This document shows, one piece after another, positions 18,043 to 27,414 of a DNA stretch of 64,000 nt (within the stretch, counting starts at the first letter, position 1; every line of letters begins with the position of its first letter). The notes under the pieces were generated by a model. That model worked only from the letters and a program-made list of their open reading frames with translations. It made no database searches and was not told the DNA's origin. This DNA is from a virus. Lineage: Duplodnaviria > Heunggongvirae > Uroviricota > Caudoviricetes. Both the position numbers and the translations under genes were made by a program. The stretch is taken from positions 1 to 64,000 of IMG/VR virus record IMGVR_UViG_2821013286_000001. One strand, given 5' to 3'.

Positions 18043-18891
18043 ATGGAAAATACGCAGATGACCCGCAAACCGGTTTTCAACGATGCTGTTCTGGACGACC
18101 TCGATCTGCTGATCGCAGACCGCGAGGGAGACGAGATCCTCGAAACTATCGAGGAGCAGCACTCCGACGAAATCATTGAGGAGCAGTTTGACGAACCGCC
18201 AGTCGAAACCGTCGAAGCGGCTGATGTCTCGGAAAAAGTGGAAGTCATTGAAGAGCTGGAACCACACAGCATCCTCAACGACCTCGACATGGAATCGCTC
18301 AACATGGATCTTGCCAAGCAGGAAGCCTATGAAGAGCAGTCGGCCGAAACCAATGTCACAATCTCCGATCCTGCAGATATCGCAGCCGCAAGCGCTGCAA
18401 AGCCCAAGCGAGCACGCAAAGCGGCTACTGCGCCTGCCAAGAAGCGCACTGTGCGGGATTTGAACTCCATTGAGGCTAAATACTTCGCAACCAATACCGA
18501 TCCTGAGACGGTCGATGAGGCGGCTTTGGCCACCTACAAGGACTCTTTCATCAAGGGAATGCCAGCTCAGGTGAAAGTTCGCGACAAGATCGAATTGGTG
18601 ATGTGCGGTATCGCTTCCGGCAATGCGCCCAATCGCTATGTTGAAATCCCTTTCCGGCTTCTCATTGAGAAGGGCACGATCACGCACAGCGATATTATGG
18701 CAGCGTATAAAGTCGCGACGACCAAGGACGGCGCCAAGAACCTGAATGCTGGAACGGCTGCCGCGCAGACGGGGCAAATTATGGTGCTGTTCCCATATCT
18801 TGGGATTGCTTCCTTGTCTGGGAAAAAGGAGCTGACGCTGTGCTCCGACAGTCGAGTAGCTGCGGAGCTGAAAACATTGTTCGCTATTTAA
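18043..18891 (+). CDS. highly acidic N-terminal protein with central Lys/Ala-rich linker
   Basis: First about 110 residues roughly 35% Asp/Glu; central KPKRARKAATAPAKKR; conserved leader upstream. Confidence 0.5.
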   Translation: MENTQMTRKPVFNDAVLDDLDLLIADREGDEILETIEEQHSDEIIEEQFDEPPVETVEAADVSEKVEVIEELEPHSILNDLDMESLNMDLAKQEAYEEQSAETNVTISDPADIAAASAAKPKRARKAATAPAKKRTVRDLNSIEAKYFATNTDPETVDEAALATYKDSFIKGMPAQVKVRDKIELVMCGIASGNAPNRYVEIPFRLLIEKGTITHSDIMAAYKVATTKDGAKNLNAGTAAAQTGQIMVLFPYLGIASLSGKKELTLCSDSRVAAELKTLFAI

Positions 18892-18895
18892 GCGG

Positions 18896-18936
18896 AAAAA
18901 CAGGAGCCAGAGGTTAACGGACCAGTTGGCTCCTGT
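18896..18936 (-). terminator. intrinsic terminator for the minus-strand small gene (possibly bidirectional)
   Basis: CAGGAGCCA...TGGCTCCTG 9-bp stem; T5 tract on the minus strand, A5 on the plus. Confidence 0.45.
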
Positions 18937-18947
18937 CCGGAGGCGAA

Positions 18948-19121
18948 TTAACCGATCCAGTTGTGATTGATCTGGAATAGCAGGATTTCATCAATACAGT
19001 CCTTCACTCGCTCCCGGAGTTTATCTTTATCAACGAGGATCAAATCTCTGGATTCAAGGAATGTGTGAATGTTGGACTCTACCTGGGTCACTAACTCGTC
19101 CCTGTTACTAGCGAATTTCAT
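18948..19121 (-). CDS. small hypothetical protein (57 aa), antisense island in a + region
   Basis: Reverse-complement reading gives MKFASNRDELVTQVESNIHTFLESRDLILVDKDKLRERVKDCIDEILLFQINHNWIG; followed by a hairpin plus U-tract on its own strand; not in track (<60 aa). Confidence 0.35.
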   Translation of the reverse strand: MKFASNRDELVTQVESNIHTFLESRDLILVDKDKLRERVKDCIDEILLFQINHNWIG

Positions 19122-19279
19122 TTTTGTTCCTTTTCCGTTCTTCCTTGCAGCGAGGAGCTATCATAGGATTTTTTTCCTGTCCAATAGATTTTTAACCTAA
19201 TGAACAGCGTTCTGAGTCCCTGTTGAACAAATGTTTCAGAATGTTTCCAAACGCGAGTCCGGGTACATCACTGAACGCC

Positions 19280-19303
19280 TTGTGTAAATAGATATTTATA
19301 AGG
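19280..19303. promoter_or_regulatory. palindromic intergenic element (divergent region)
   Basis: ttgtgTAAATAGATATTTATAagg between minus gene 18948..19121 and plus gene 19314. Confidence 0.45.
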
Positions 19304-19313
19304 TGCGGCACAT

Positions 19314-19565
19314 ATGCAACCAAAGTCCACCGCGATTAGCAGTTCACGCCTGCATTTCGCTACGTCACGCTTCATTATGGAAATGCGCCGACAGCAGTTA
19401 GCGCAAAATCCAAACGCGTTACCGTCCGTAAAGGACCTAGAATCCTATAATGATTCCCACAAATCGGCGCTTCTGAAGGCAATTCGGATAGCAATTCTTG
19501 CTGCATCACCCGAAGCCGACGCGAGTTACGAAAGGTGGATGAACGAGAAAAATCAGGAAAATTAA
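19314..19565 (+). CDS. hypothetical protein
   Basis: 83-aa ORF after a palindromic element. Confidence 0.4.
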   Translation: MQPKSTAISSSRLHFATSRFIMEMRRQQLAQNPNALPSVKDLESYNDSHKSALLKAIRIAILAASPEADASYERWMNEKNQEN

Positions 19566-19697
19566 TAGCTAACAATATAGTTAATCAATTATTAGAGGGC
19601 TATATTTCTCCTCTTCTAACCCTTTCTGTGCACATGAATATATATAAATATTCACTCAACGTAAGTTTAAAGATATATCAACAAGTTAGGTCAAGCC

Positions 19698-20015
19698 ATG
19701 GAAAATAGAGCTTCATACCCACCGGTACTCGACCGGCTCATACAGAATGCGTTCATCGAAGGCACTCTGACGATCCGTGAAACTCCAGGCGCATTTGAAT
19801 TAGCTGTTTATAGAAACGGCATCGTAAATGTGATCGCTCGAACGCCGCAGATAAGTTCAGGCGACTACCTGAGCCAGTATGAAAATGCGCTTGTGGAATC
19901 GTTCGGTGAGGCACGCGCTGCAAAGCAAGCCGCGACCGTAGAGGCGACTCCTAAACCGTCAGAGCGTGTCACTGATGCGCAGGCTCGTCGCGCAGCATTC
20001 AAGGTGGTGTCATGA
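19698..20015 (+). CDS. hypothetical protein
   Basis: 105 aa; long AT-rich leader. Confidence 0.45.
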   Translation: MENRASYPPVLDRLIQNAFIEGTLTIRETPGAFELAVYRNGIVNVIARTPQISSGDYLSQYENALVESFGEARAAKQAATVEATPKPSERVTDAQARRAAFKVVS

Positions 20016-20317
20016 ACGGGGAACGTCTCAGTAAGCTCCTATGCAGCGAGTTCGATATGCTGGCTCGCCTTGAGGGCGACCCTTCGTTTCCGCCTGTGAT
20101 CGCAACACTTCTTTTGCAGGGATCAGACGAACCACTCAGAATCAAATCAGCACGTCTGGAAGCAGGAATCCTGCGTTGTATCAGCCCAGACTCCTACGAA
20201 CTGAATTTCGATCCTTGTCGCCTCGCCTTCTATGCATTCCTCCTGACGGAACAGGATATGCAGAAGGCGCGCGAAGCGGCTGGAAAACTGAAAGCAATCG
20301 ATAATGACGATGAATAG
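20012..20317 (+). CDS. hypothetical protein
   Basis: ATGA overlap; 101 aa. Confidence 0.45.
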   Translation: MNGERLSKLLCSEFDMLARLEGDPSFPPVIATLLLQGSDEPLRIKSARLEAGILRCISPDSYELNFDPCRLAFYAFLLTEQDMQKAREAAGKLKAIDNDDE

Positions 20318-20933
20318 CGCAATTCCAACGGTGAGCTTCACCGTCAAGGGCTTAAACTATAATCCGGACTATGTTGCTCAATATGGTGCCGGTCCGCATG
20401 TGGCGACTGACGCTGTTTGCATTGCAATGGATGGCAGCGTTCTTATGGTGCGCCGCAACGACAACGGTAAATGGGCGCTACCGGGCGGCTTTTTGGATGC
20501 AGGTGAGTGTGACGAACAGGCTGCGTGCCGCGAAGTGCAAGAAGAAACAGGCTTTAACGCCATCGCCAATCAAATCGGTAAGGTCGGCGAATTCAACATG
20601 ACGCATCCTTGCCGGGACACGCGTGCGCACATTATTTCCATCGTGCATGTGTTTATTGTGAACAAGGACACCGATCTGACGCCACAACTGGCCGAAGTGA
20701 GTGATGCTCGCTGGATGATGCCTGCAGAAATCAAGGAAGCTAGACTGCACGCCGACCACAAGTTCATTATTGGCAGAGCCTTCGGCATGGCGACGAACTT
20801 CATATCGCAAGCGACGACGCCGCAGCCGACGCGTCCCGACAGGAAGGTTGCCTTCATTAAACTCGCCTTGATGAGTATCGGTGCGGCGTATGTTTTTCAG
20901 TTTTTGTGTGAGCGCCTACTCGGAGCCGCTTGA
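20304..20933 (+). CDS. NUDIX hydrolase
   Basis: Complete Nudix box GGFLDAGECDEQAACREVQEETGF (G.5E.7REU.EE.GU). Confidence 0.8.
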   Translation: MTMNSAIPTVSFTVKGLNYNPDYVAQYGAGPHVATDAVCIAMDGSVLMVRRNDNGKWALPGGFLDAGECDEQAACREVQEETGFNAIANQIGKVGEFNMTHPCRDTRAHIISIVHVFIVNKDTDLTPQLAEVSDARWMMPAEIKEARLHADHKFIIGRAFGMATNFISQATTPQPTRPDRKVAFIKLALMSIGAAYVFQFLCERLLGAA

Positions 20934-20943
20934 CTCTGGCTTT

Positions 20944-20972
20944 CATTATAAATAAACGTTTACACAACACGG
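20944..20972. promoter_or_regulatory. palindromic intergenic element
   Basis: cattaTAAATAAACGTTTACAcaacacgg after the NUDIX gene, before gene 21053. Confidence 0.5.
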
Positions 20973-21052
20973 AGCGACAAAGCTCCAGATTTCACCCTCT
21001 AACGAACTGATTTATATATATTTTATCAGTTTGAATGACACGAGGCATAAAA

Positions 21053-21547
21053 ATGAACGATAAAATCACGGAAACGGTCGCAGACATTAAGAGCACTGCC
21101 TTGAATGCTGCCGACGCGAAGACCACGGTTATTCGGAACGCCAATGATCAGCTTCGCAAGTTTCTTGGTGCCACCGCAAAGGCTGACGAAGACAACATCG
21201 CGGCAGTTACGGTCGAAGCGGACCTTATGCCATCCGGCTTTCGTGTAATCCTCGCCGGATCGCTCGGTGAATGTCTTCGCGGAAAGGAAGATGCCACAGC
21301 GGCAATCAACATCATTCGTGAAATCTACAAGCTACTCGCTGCCTATGACAACTTCGTGCCGGACAATGACCCACACGGTGAGCACGACTATGGCTGCTTC
21401 GACTTCGCCTTTGAAGGTGAGGATAAGCAGATCATGTGGAAGTTCGAATACTTCGCTAATGGCGACCTCGCGCATGGCGCAGAAGACCCCTCCGATCTCC
21501 AGAACTCCTACTACGTTCTGTCGATTTTCTTTTCCGAAGACTACTAA
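21053..21547 (+). CDS. hypothetical protein
   Basis: ATG 21053 inside track ORF 21035..21547; conserved-looking DPHGEHDYGCFDF segment. Confidence 0.45.
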   Translation: MNDKITETVADIKSTALNAADAKTTVIRNANDQLRKFLGATAKADEDNIAAVTVEADLMPSGFRVILAGSLGECLRGKEDATAAINIIREIYKLLAAYDNFVPDNDPHGEHDYGCFDFAFEGEDKQIMWKFEYFANGDLAHGAEDPSDLQNSYYVLSIFFSEDY

Positions 21548-21559
21548 GGAAGAACAAGA

Positions 21560-21676
21560 ATGATTGCACTCATGCTGCAATTCATCGGCGCAGTATTTGT
21601 CGCCGTAATGATTACCGTCGGCATTTATTCGTCGTTGGTTGAAACTCGCAATAATTCCAAAAGAAGGAAGAAATAA
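21560..21676 (+). CDS. small membrane protein (38 aa)
   Basis: MIALMLQFIGAVFVAVMITVGIYSSLVETRNNSKRRKK; single transmembrane helix; stop overlaps SPFH start; possible NfeD-like partner. Confidence 0.3.
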   Translation: MIALMLQFIGAVFVAVMITVGIYSSLVETRNNSKRRKK

Positions 21677-22563
21677 TGTATCGTGATACTGAAAGTCATT
21701 CCAACCCAATGCGATTTATCAAGATCGGCTTGTGTGCGCTTGCTGGCCTGATTTTTCTACTACTGCTCGGATCGAGCTTTTATTCCGTCGATGAAGGCGA
21801 GCGCGCCGTCGTCGTCAGTCAGGGTCGTGTCTCACACGTTGCCAGTCCAGGCTTTCACTTCAAGAAGCCCTTCGTTGACTCGGCTCACTACATCAGCACG
21901 CGAACCCAGGTTCTCGAATTTCCCGAAGAGCCTGTCTACACCGGAGACCAGCAGTCAGCGAATATCTCTTTCTCCGTCAATTATGCGGCAATCTCCGCTG
22001 ATGAAGAGATCACCAAGCTCTACCGGGACTACCAGACCTTGCGGGGACTGGAAACTCGAACTTTGGAACGGCAGGTGCGTGACGCCATCAAGAACGTTGT
22101 TGGCCGGTTCACAGCTGAAACCGTTATCCGTGAACGATCGCGGCTGAATACTGAAGTCCTTGCTGCAATCTCTGATATTGGCGACGACCTGATCCGCATC
22201 GAAGGCGTGAATATGGAGAATATCAATTTCTCCGATGCCGTCGAAAAGGCCGCCGAGGAACGCGCACGCACTGAAATGGGCGTTCGAACCAAGCGCCAGG
22301 AGCTGGAAAAGACCAAGGTCGAAAATCAGATCACAGTCGCCAATGCACAAGCGCAGGCTGACAGCGAGTTGGCGTCAGCACGAGCAAAGGCTGAGGCCGT
22401 TCGTCTCCAAGGTGAAGCTGAAGCCGCAGCTATCAAGGCAAAGTCCGATGCTCTCGCACAGTCGCCAAATCTGGTCGAGCTGACCAAGGCTGAACGATGG
22501 GACGGCAAGCTACCGCAGCAGTTCGTTCCTGGTTCAACGGTTCCGTTTCTAAGCATCAAGTAA
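21676..22563 (+). CDS. SPFH/band-7 (prohibitin/HflC-like) membrane protein
   Basis: N-terminal TM helix, SPFH core YSVDEGERAVVV..GRV, C-terminal Ala/Glu-rich coiled coil. Confidence 0.75.
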   Translation: MYRDTESHSNPMRFIKIGLCALAGLIFLLLLGSSFYSVDEGERAVVVSQGRVSHVASPGFHFKKPFVDSAHYISTRTQVLEFPEEPVYTGDQQSANISFSVNYAAISADEEITKLYRDYQTLRGLETRTLERQVRDAIKNVVGRFTAETVIRERSRLNTEVLAAISDIGDDLIRIEGVNMENINFSDAVEKAAEERARTEMGVRTKRQELEKTKVENQITVANAQAQADSELASARAKAEAVRLQGEAEAAAIKAKSDALAQSPNLVELTKAERWDGKLPQQFVPGSTVPFLSIK

Positions 22564-22701
22564 TCGAGGACTGATTATCCTCGTTCCGCGAGGTCGTGAA
22601 ACGCTTCGCTCAAAGAGGGCTTATCGCCCTCAAAGCGGAAGGTCGGTGATTGAACACCATCGACCGACCGCCCACTGACTACCCAAAAACTGCTGCGGTA
22701 C

Positions 22702-22750
22702 AAATAAACATCAAAAACAAGCAGTTAGACACAAAACAAGGTAACGATCC
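22702..22750 (+). promoter_or_regulatory. conserved 5' leader
   Basis: aaataaacatcaaaaacaagcagttagacacaaaacaaggtaacgatcc then ATG 22751 (rIIA). Confidence 0.4.
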
Positions 22751-25234
22751 ATGCAAGTTTCTCAGATTGCGTCCCTGGACACGCACGTGGTCCTGGGTGG
22801 CGAAAGTGCGCGCGCTTTTAGCATCTCTGATGCGCCTGAATTCTTCACTGTCCTTTCCGACACGCTCTATCAGCACAAAAAGCTCGCTGTTGTCCGCGAA
22901 GTCATCTGCAACGCCTACGATGCTCACATCGTGACGGGTAAGACGGATGTGCCAGTACAGGTCACGTTGACAGATAAGAACCTTGAGATCCGTGATTTCG
23001 GTCTCGGCATTCCCGACGACAAGATTGCGCCGATCTATTGCGTCTATGGGGCCTCTACAAAGGCTGCCGATGGAAAACAGACCGGTGGTTTTGGTCTCGG
23101 TTCGAAGGCGCCTTTCGCTTATTCCGACCACTTCACGGTCACGAGCTGCCATAACGGCGAGAAAACTGTCTATGCGATCTCTCGCGGTGGCGCTGAGACG
23201 GGCGGTCGTCCAGAGGTTCGCGCCGTCGTTCGCATGAAGACCGACGAAACAGGTCTGTCCGTTTCAATTCCGTTGCAGGAAAACGATCGCAATCAGTTTG
23301 AGATCCTGATCAGACGGGTCACGCAGCTCGGCGGAATGAATGTGTCGCTCAATGGCGTAGATATTCCAAAGATCGAATATGATCGCCCTGGCAATGCAGG
23401 CTTCGTCCTAATCCCCTCTTATTCGGACATAATGAGAAATCTGGACAATTACCGGACGACGGTTTTTGTGCGCTACGGAACTGTGGTCTATCCGGTCGAT
23501 GCTGGTCGAGGCGATAGTGAGCTGGACGAAGTGCTTCGTTCGATTGGCTTTGTGCTTGGTTCCAATAGAGCAATTATCGTTCAAGCGCCGGAACACTCCA
23601 TCGGTGTAACACCTTCACGTGAGTCCCTTTCTTACACCAAAAAGACGATGCAAACGCTCGTCCAGATATGTACGTCTGCATTCCATCACATAAAGCGCCA
23701 GATGTCTGTCAGCTTTGCCAACGACTTCGATCATGCGCTCGCTAAGAATAAGGAAAAAGGCGCAGATAAACGCGAAGTGATCTCGCTTATGCTCGGCTCG
23801 TTCGATGGGTCAAGGTTGGACTACAACAAGTCGAACCCTTCGTTGGTAGCGGCGGCCAATGACGGTTACATCAGCAGCCTTGACACAATTGGCTCTGAGC
23901 TTGCCGACAATTACCTGAGTTCGTTCGCTGCGTCCGCGCGTAAGACAGCCTCTCGTCTGGTAGGAAAGCATCATCCAGAGTTGGCGCGCTTGCTTCGCAG
24001 ATGGTCGCCATCTGGCAGTAAATATGACCTGAAACGCGACTACAACAAATTCATGTTGAAGCGCCTAAGCAAGATCAAGGCTTTGATCCAGCCGGTCAAG
24101 TCCGGCTATTTCGATGTGCGCACGAATAGCATCAAGAATGACAGGTTTGAGACCATTTTTGATAGCAGTCAGTTAGTGGCGGATCGAATTGTTGTAAGCC
24201 GAATTCTGCGCGATGCTTACGATGACACCGCCAAGCAGAAATTTGAGTATCATTGCGAATACCACACCGGCTATTACCGAAATTTTCCGGTTTTCACGAT
24301 CAAAAGTGACCTGCCGGAAGCGCGGATTAAGAAGATCACCAAACTCGCAAACAAGCTCGGCTTTCAAATCTCGTTCGCCGAGTACGTGAAGCCAGTTCGG
24401 AAGGCTCCTGCGCCGAAACCTAACTCTGGTTTTCTACGCGCATCGAGCTTCCATCGCTTCGATTATGATGGAAAGATTCAGCCGCGCAACACACTTGAGC
24501 AGGCCGAACTTGAGCGCGTTCCGACGGCGAAGTCCTTCATTCGTGTCACGAGGGCAAGAAACGCAAGACATCTATTCTGGCTTCAGGAAGAGCTGCGGCG
24601 CGATTTTAGCGCGTTCGCCACCCTTTATCCTGACACGGTTCTTGCTACCGATGCTGAAGAGGAAAAGAAGCTGATCAAGCTCGGTGCGCGTCCTGTCCTT
24701 GAGGTTGTTCATGAGGAGCTGAAGGAGGCAACAAAGTTGCAGTCCGCTGCACTTGCATTGGCTTTGCGTCTGCAATGGCACGCCGGGTTCGACGGAGATC
24801 GATACGGCTACGGCTCCAGGGTGAACGATATCGTGAAGCTTTGCTCTGTTTCAGCCGAGTTTGCCAAGTTGGTTCTCGGTGTGAGTGTCAAATACGACGA
24901 AAAGACGGAGCGAATTGCGAAGTTGGGCGATGCTGTTCGTACGGCGATTGGTGTCGCTGGCTTCTCAGAGCAGCGCCGCAACCCATTCACCCACCTGACC
25001 GAACTCTACAATAAACTGAAGGAGAAATATCCAAAGATAATCGGCAATACTGACGCTGTGAAAGAGGCGACAGATTTTATGAAAATAATTGATTCCAACT
25101 ACATCCGCGCAGCAAGCCACAATGATCCCGCTTGCGCTCGTGATGTAATAAATACTGCGAAATATCTTAAACAGAAATTTTCGAAAACTCTCAAGGCTGA
25201 ACAAGCCCAAGCTGTTGTTAAGGAGGCAGCGTAG
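22751..25234 (+). CDS. rIIA: rIIA-like protein (GHKL ATPase N-terminal domain)
   Basis: N-box AVVREVICNAYDAH, G1 IRDFGLGIP, G2 GGFGLGSKAPFAYSDHFTVTSCHNGEK; these track recalled T4 rIIA segments AVVRELITNMIDAH and GGFGLGSKSPFSYTD; 827 aa. Confidence 0.75.
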   Translation: MQVSQIASLDTHVVLGGESARAFSISDAPEFFTVLSDTLYQHKKLAVVREVICNAYDAHIVTGKTDVPVQVTLTDKNLEIRDFGLGIPDDKIAPIYCVYGASTKAADGKQTGGFGLGSKAPFAYSDHFTVTSCHNGEKTVYAISRGGAETGGRPEVRAVVRMKTDETGLSVSIPLQENDRNQFEILIRRVTQLGGMNVSLNGVDIPKIEYDRPGNAGFVLIPSYSDIMRNLDNYRTTVFVRYGTVVYPVDAGRGDSELDEVLRSIGFVLGSNRAIIVQAPEHSIGVTPSRESLSYTKKTMQTLVQICTSAFHHIKRQMSVSFANDFDHALAKNKEKGADKREVISLMLGSFDGSRLDYNKSNPSLVAAANDGYISSLDTIGSELADNYLSSFAASARKTASRLVGKHHPELARLLRRWSPSGSKYDLKRDYNKFMLKRLSKIKALIQPVKSGYFDVRTNSIKNDRFETIFDSSQLVADRIVVSRILRDAYDDTAKQKFEYHCEYHTGYYRNFPVFTIKSDLPEARIKKITKLANKLGFQISFAEYVKPVRKAPAPKPNSGFLRASSFHRFDYDGKIQPRNTLEQAELERVPTAKSFIRVTRARNARHLFWLQEELRRDFSAFATLYPDTVLATDAEEEKKLIKLGARPVLEVVHEELKEATKLQSAALALALRLQWHAGFDGDRYGYGSRVNDIVKLCSVSAEFAKLVLGVSVKYDEKTERIAKLGDAVRTAIGVAGFSEQRRNPFTHLTELYNKLKEKYPKIIGNTDAVKEATDFMKIIDSNYIRAASHNDPACARDVINTAKYLKQKFSKTLKAEQAQAVVKEAA

Positions 25235-25235
25235 A

Positions 25236-26654
25236 ATGAGAAAGGTAACAGTAGCCGCAGCGATCATCACCAAAACGGGCGTTATGCTCTATACGGCTGA
25301 TGGCAAGGAAGTACCGCTCGCGTCAGATGGCTGGCGCACTCAGGAAATTCTTAACCTCGTAACGCCGGTCATCGCGCGCCGCAAAACTATCGAAATCGAC
25401 TTGGACAGCTTCTCGCTGGAGCATGAGGTCGAGCGCAAGACCAACGGCTTTGTTCGCTTCTTCCGCAAGGTCGGTGCGAGCATCACCAGTCTCTTTGGCA
25501 CGAAGGACGGTCAGACAGAACTCGTCACTGACACGCTTACGGAGGCCACAACCGTCGCTGTTGTCAACGGCAAGGAAATTCCAGGAATGGAAAACCTTGA
25601 AAACCACATGATCCACGCCGTTGAAAACGATCAGACGGAAGGTCTCAAAAACTTCCTGGACCGTCTATCTCGCGTGATTGATGAGCGCGGACACTCGGTG
25701 CAGGAACTCCTCAACTTCATGAAGAAGGCTGACCTTCCGATTGCCAATGACGGCTCGATCATCGCCTACAAGACGCTCAACAAGAGCGAGGATCGGTTCG
25801 TTGACTGCCACACCGGCAATGTCAAGCAGCGCGTCGGCTCGCGTGTATCGATGCCGATTGGTTTGGTTGATAAGAACCGCCGCACACTCTGCTCGACTGG
25901 TCTGCACATTGCGCGTCTCCGCTATCTGCGTGGTTACAACGGTAATGTTCTGACACTGGTTAAGATCGCACCGGAAGACGTCGTGAGCGTTCCCTACAGC
26001 GAACCTGACAAGATGCGTGTGGCAGCTTACCACATCGTCAAGCTGCTTCCAGATGACGCTGCGCGTGCCGTTTTCAGCGGTGCATCGATCGCAGGGAACA
26101 AGGAAGCTGAAAAGATGCTTGCTGACGTGATTGCTGGAAAGCACATTCATGTCATCGAGGAAGTTCACATCAAAGGCTCGTACGGCACTGATATCGAAAC
26201 CACTGTCCTTGATGACAAATATAAGCCGGTCGAATCGATTGCCGATTTGTCAACGAAGCCTGTGAAGGTCGAGCTGGTCAAGGAAGGTGGTGGCGGTAAG
26301 CCCGTCGATATCGAGAAGATCCGCGAAACCGCAGACAAGGCGATCGCTGAAAAGGCGAGCGAGACAGAAGTCAAGAAACCTGAAGTCTCCAACGTTGTCG
26401 AGTTCGATGCGGCCAAGACGGTGAACAGTTCAAAGTCGAAGTCGAAGCCGAAGAAGAAAGCCGCCGCTGCGGTGAAGGCTGAGGTTGCGAAGGCTCGTCC
26501 ATCGGTCCCTGCCGCGCCTGACGGCATGAGCGAGCGTGACTTCCAGGTTCTGGCATTGCTCGACAAGGGTGTGTCCAAATCCCAGATCGAACGTGACATG
26601 AAGATTTGCCACAAGACGATCAATAAGATCCTGAAGAAGCATCGCGCTGCCTAA
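25236..26654 (+). CDS. rIIB: rIIB-like protein with C-terminal HTH
   Basis: Central CSTGLHIARLRYLRGY...PEDVVSVPYSEPDKMRVAAYHIV resembles recalled T4 rIIB core (CSRGLHVCS...DVVSIP...KMR); C-terminal LuxR/sigma-region-4-like helix-turn-helix (ERDFQVLALLDKGVSKSQIERDMKICHKTINKIL); AGGAGG SD. Confidence 0.55.
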   Translation: MRKVTVAAAIITKTGVMLYTADGKEVPLASDGWRTQEILNLVTPVIARRKTIEIDLDSFSLEHEVERKTNGFVRFFRKVGASITSLFGTKDGQTELVTDTLTEATTVAVVNGKEIPGMENLENHMIHAVENDQTEGLKNFLDRLSRVIDERGHSVQELLNFMKKADLPIANDGSIIAYKTLNKSEDRFVDCHTGNVKQRVGSRVSMPIGLVDKNRRTLCSTGLHIARLRYLRGYNGNVLTLVKIAPEDVVSVPYSEPDKMRVAAYHIVKLLPDDAARAVFSGASIAGNKEAEKMLADVIAGKHIHVIEEVHIKGSYGTDIETTVLDDKYKPVESIADLSTKPVKVELVKEGGGGKPVDIEKIRETADKAIAEKASETEVKKPEVSNVVEFDAAKTVNSSKSKSKPKKKAAAAVKAEVAKARPSVPAAPDGMSERDFQVLALLDKGVSKSQIERDMKICHKTINKILKKHRAA

Positions 26655-26683
26655 CATTATAGGTAAACGTTTATACAACATTT
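26655..26683. promoter_or_regulatory. palindromic intergenic element
   Basis: ataggTAAACGTTTATACAacattt between rIIB and the RNA ligase gene. Confidence 0.5.
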
Positions 26684-26738
26684 AGAGGCGCATTTCGGTG
26701 CGCTTCTATTCAAGCAATTGTTTTCATGGAGATTTTTT

Positions 26739-27326
26739 ATGCCTGTTACGATCCCTTCCATCCCGTTTCAATCATTCCAGAAGATTGCACGCGCAAACAA
26801 ATTCTCGCTTGGCTGCGTTATCACCGAAAAGATCGACGGTTCCAACGGCCAGATCATGATTGTTGACGGTCAGATCGTGGGTGTTGGCTCGCGCAATCGT
26901 TGGATCGCGCCAGGTAAGGCGAATGACAACTTCGGCTTCGCTGGCTGGATCGAGCGCAACGAGGAAGAAATCCTCAAGCTCGGTGACGGCACGCATTTTG
27001 GCGAGTGGTATGGTGCCGGTATCCAACGTGGCTATGGTCTGACCGGCAGCGACAAGCGTTTCGCTCTGTTTAATGCTGCACGCTGGAGCAACGGCGAGTC
27101 CCGTCCGGCTTGCTGCGGTGTTGTGCCTGTATTGTATGCTGGCGATTTCGATGCCGACATTCTCGATGAAGTCATGACGAACTTGGCGAAGAACGGTTCT
27201 CAGGCCGTCCCTGGCTACATGAAGCCGGAAGGTGTGATCGTCTACATCCCGTCCATCAAGACACTGTTGAAGGCGACATACGACAATCCAGACGGAAAGT
27301 GGCGTGAGCTGCAACTCGCCGCCTAA
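26739..27326 (+). CDS. ATP-dependent RNA ligase-like nucleotidyltransferase (Rnl2-like)
   Basis: Motif I EKIDGSN (KxDGxN), motif IV PEGVIVY, motif V K-rich; only about 196 aa (nucleotidyltransferase domain only). Confidence 0.5.
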   Translation: MPVTIPSIPFQSFQKIARANKFSLGCVITEKIDGSNGQIMIVDGQIVGVGSRNRWIAPGKANDNFGFAGWIERNEEEILKLGDGTHFGEWYGAGIQRGYGLTGSDKRFALFNAARWSNGESRPACCGVVPVLYAGDFDADILDEVMTNLAKNGSQAVPGYMKPEGVIVYIPSIKTLLKATYDNPDGKWRELQLAA

Positions 27327-27414
27327 CGAAAGGAGCGCTTTCGAGCGCTCCAATTTTTACCCTGCGCTCAACGCGCAATAATCAATTCATCAATAATTGC
27401 AGATGGTTAGTGAC

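Noticed and set aside
17932-18777. 281-aa minus-strand ORF
   Set aside because: Antisense to the acidic-protein gene 18043..18891. The plus-strand frame has the conserved leader and a strong coding signature.
25236-26654. Idea that the rIIB-like protein is the factor that binds the global palindrome
   Set aside because: Attractive because of its LuxR-type HTH, but there is no direct evidence and the protein otherwise resembles membrane-associated rIIB. Mentioned only as a speculation to test.
26772-27353. Minus-strand ORFs 26772..27353, 36823..37581, 42649..43326, 57259..57879 and 61942..62613
   Set aside because: Each is fully antisense to a plus-strand gene supported by motifs or tight operon structure. 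No independent evidence.
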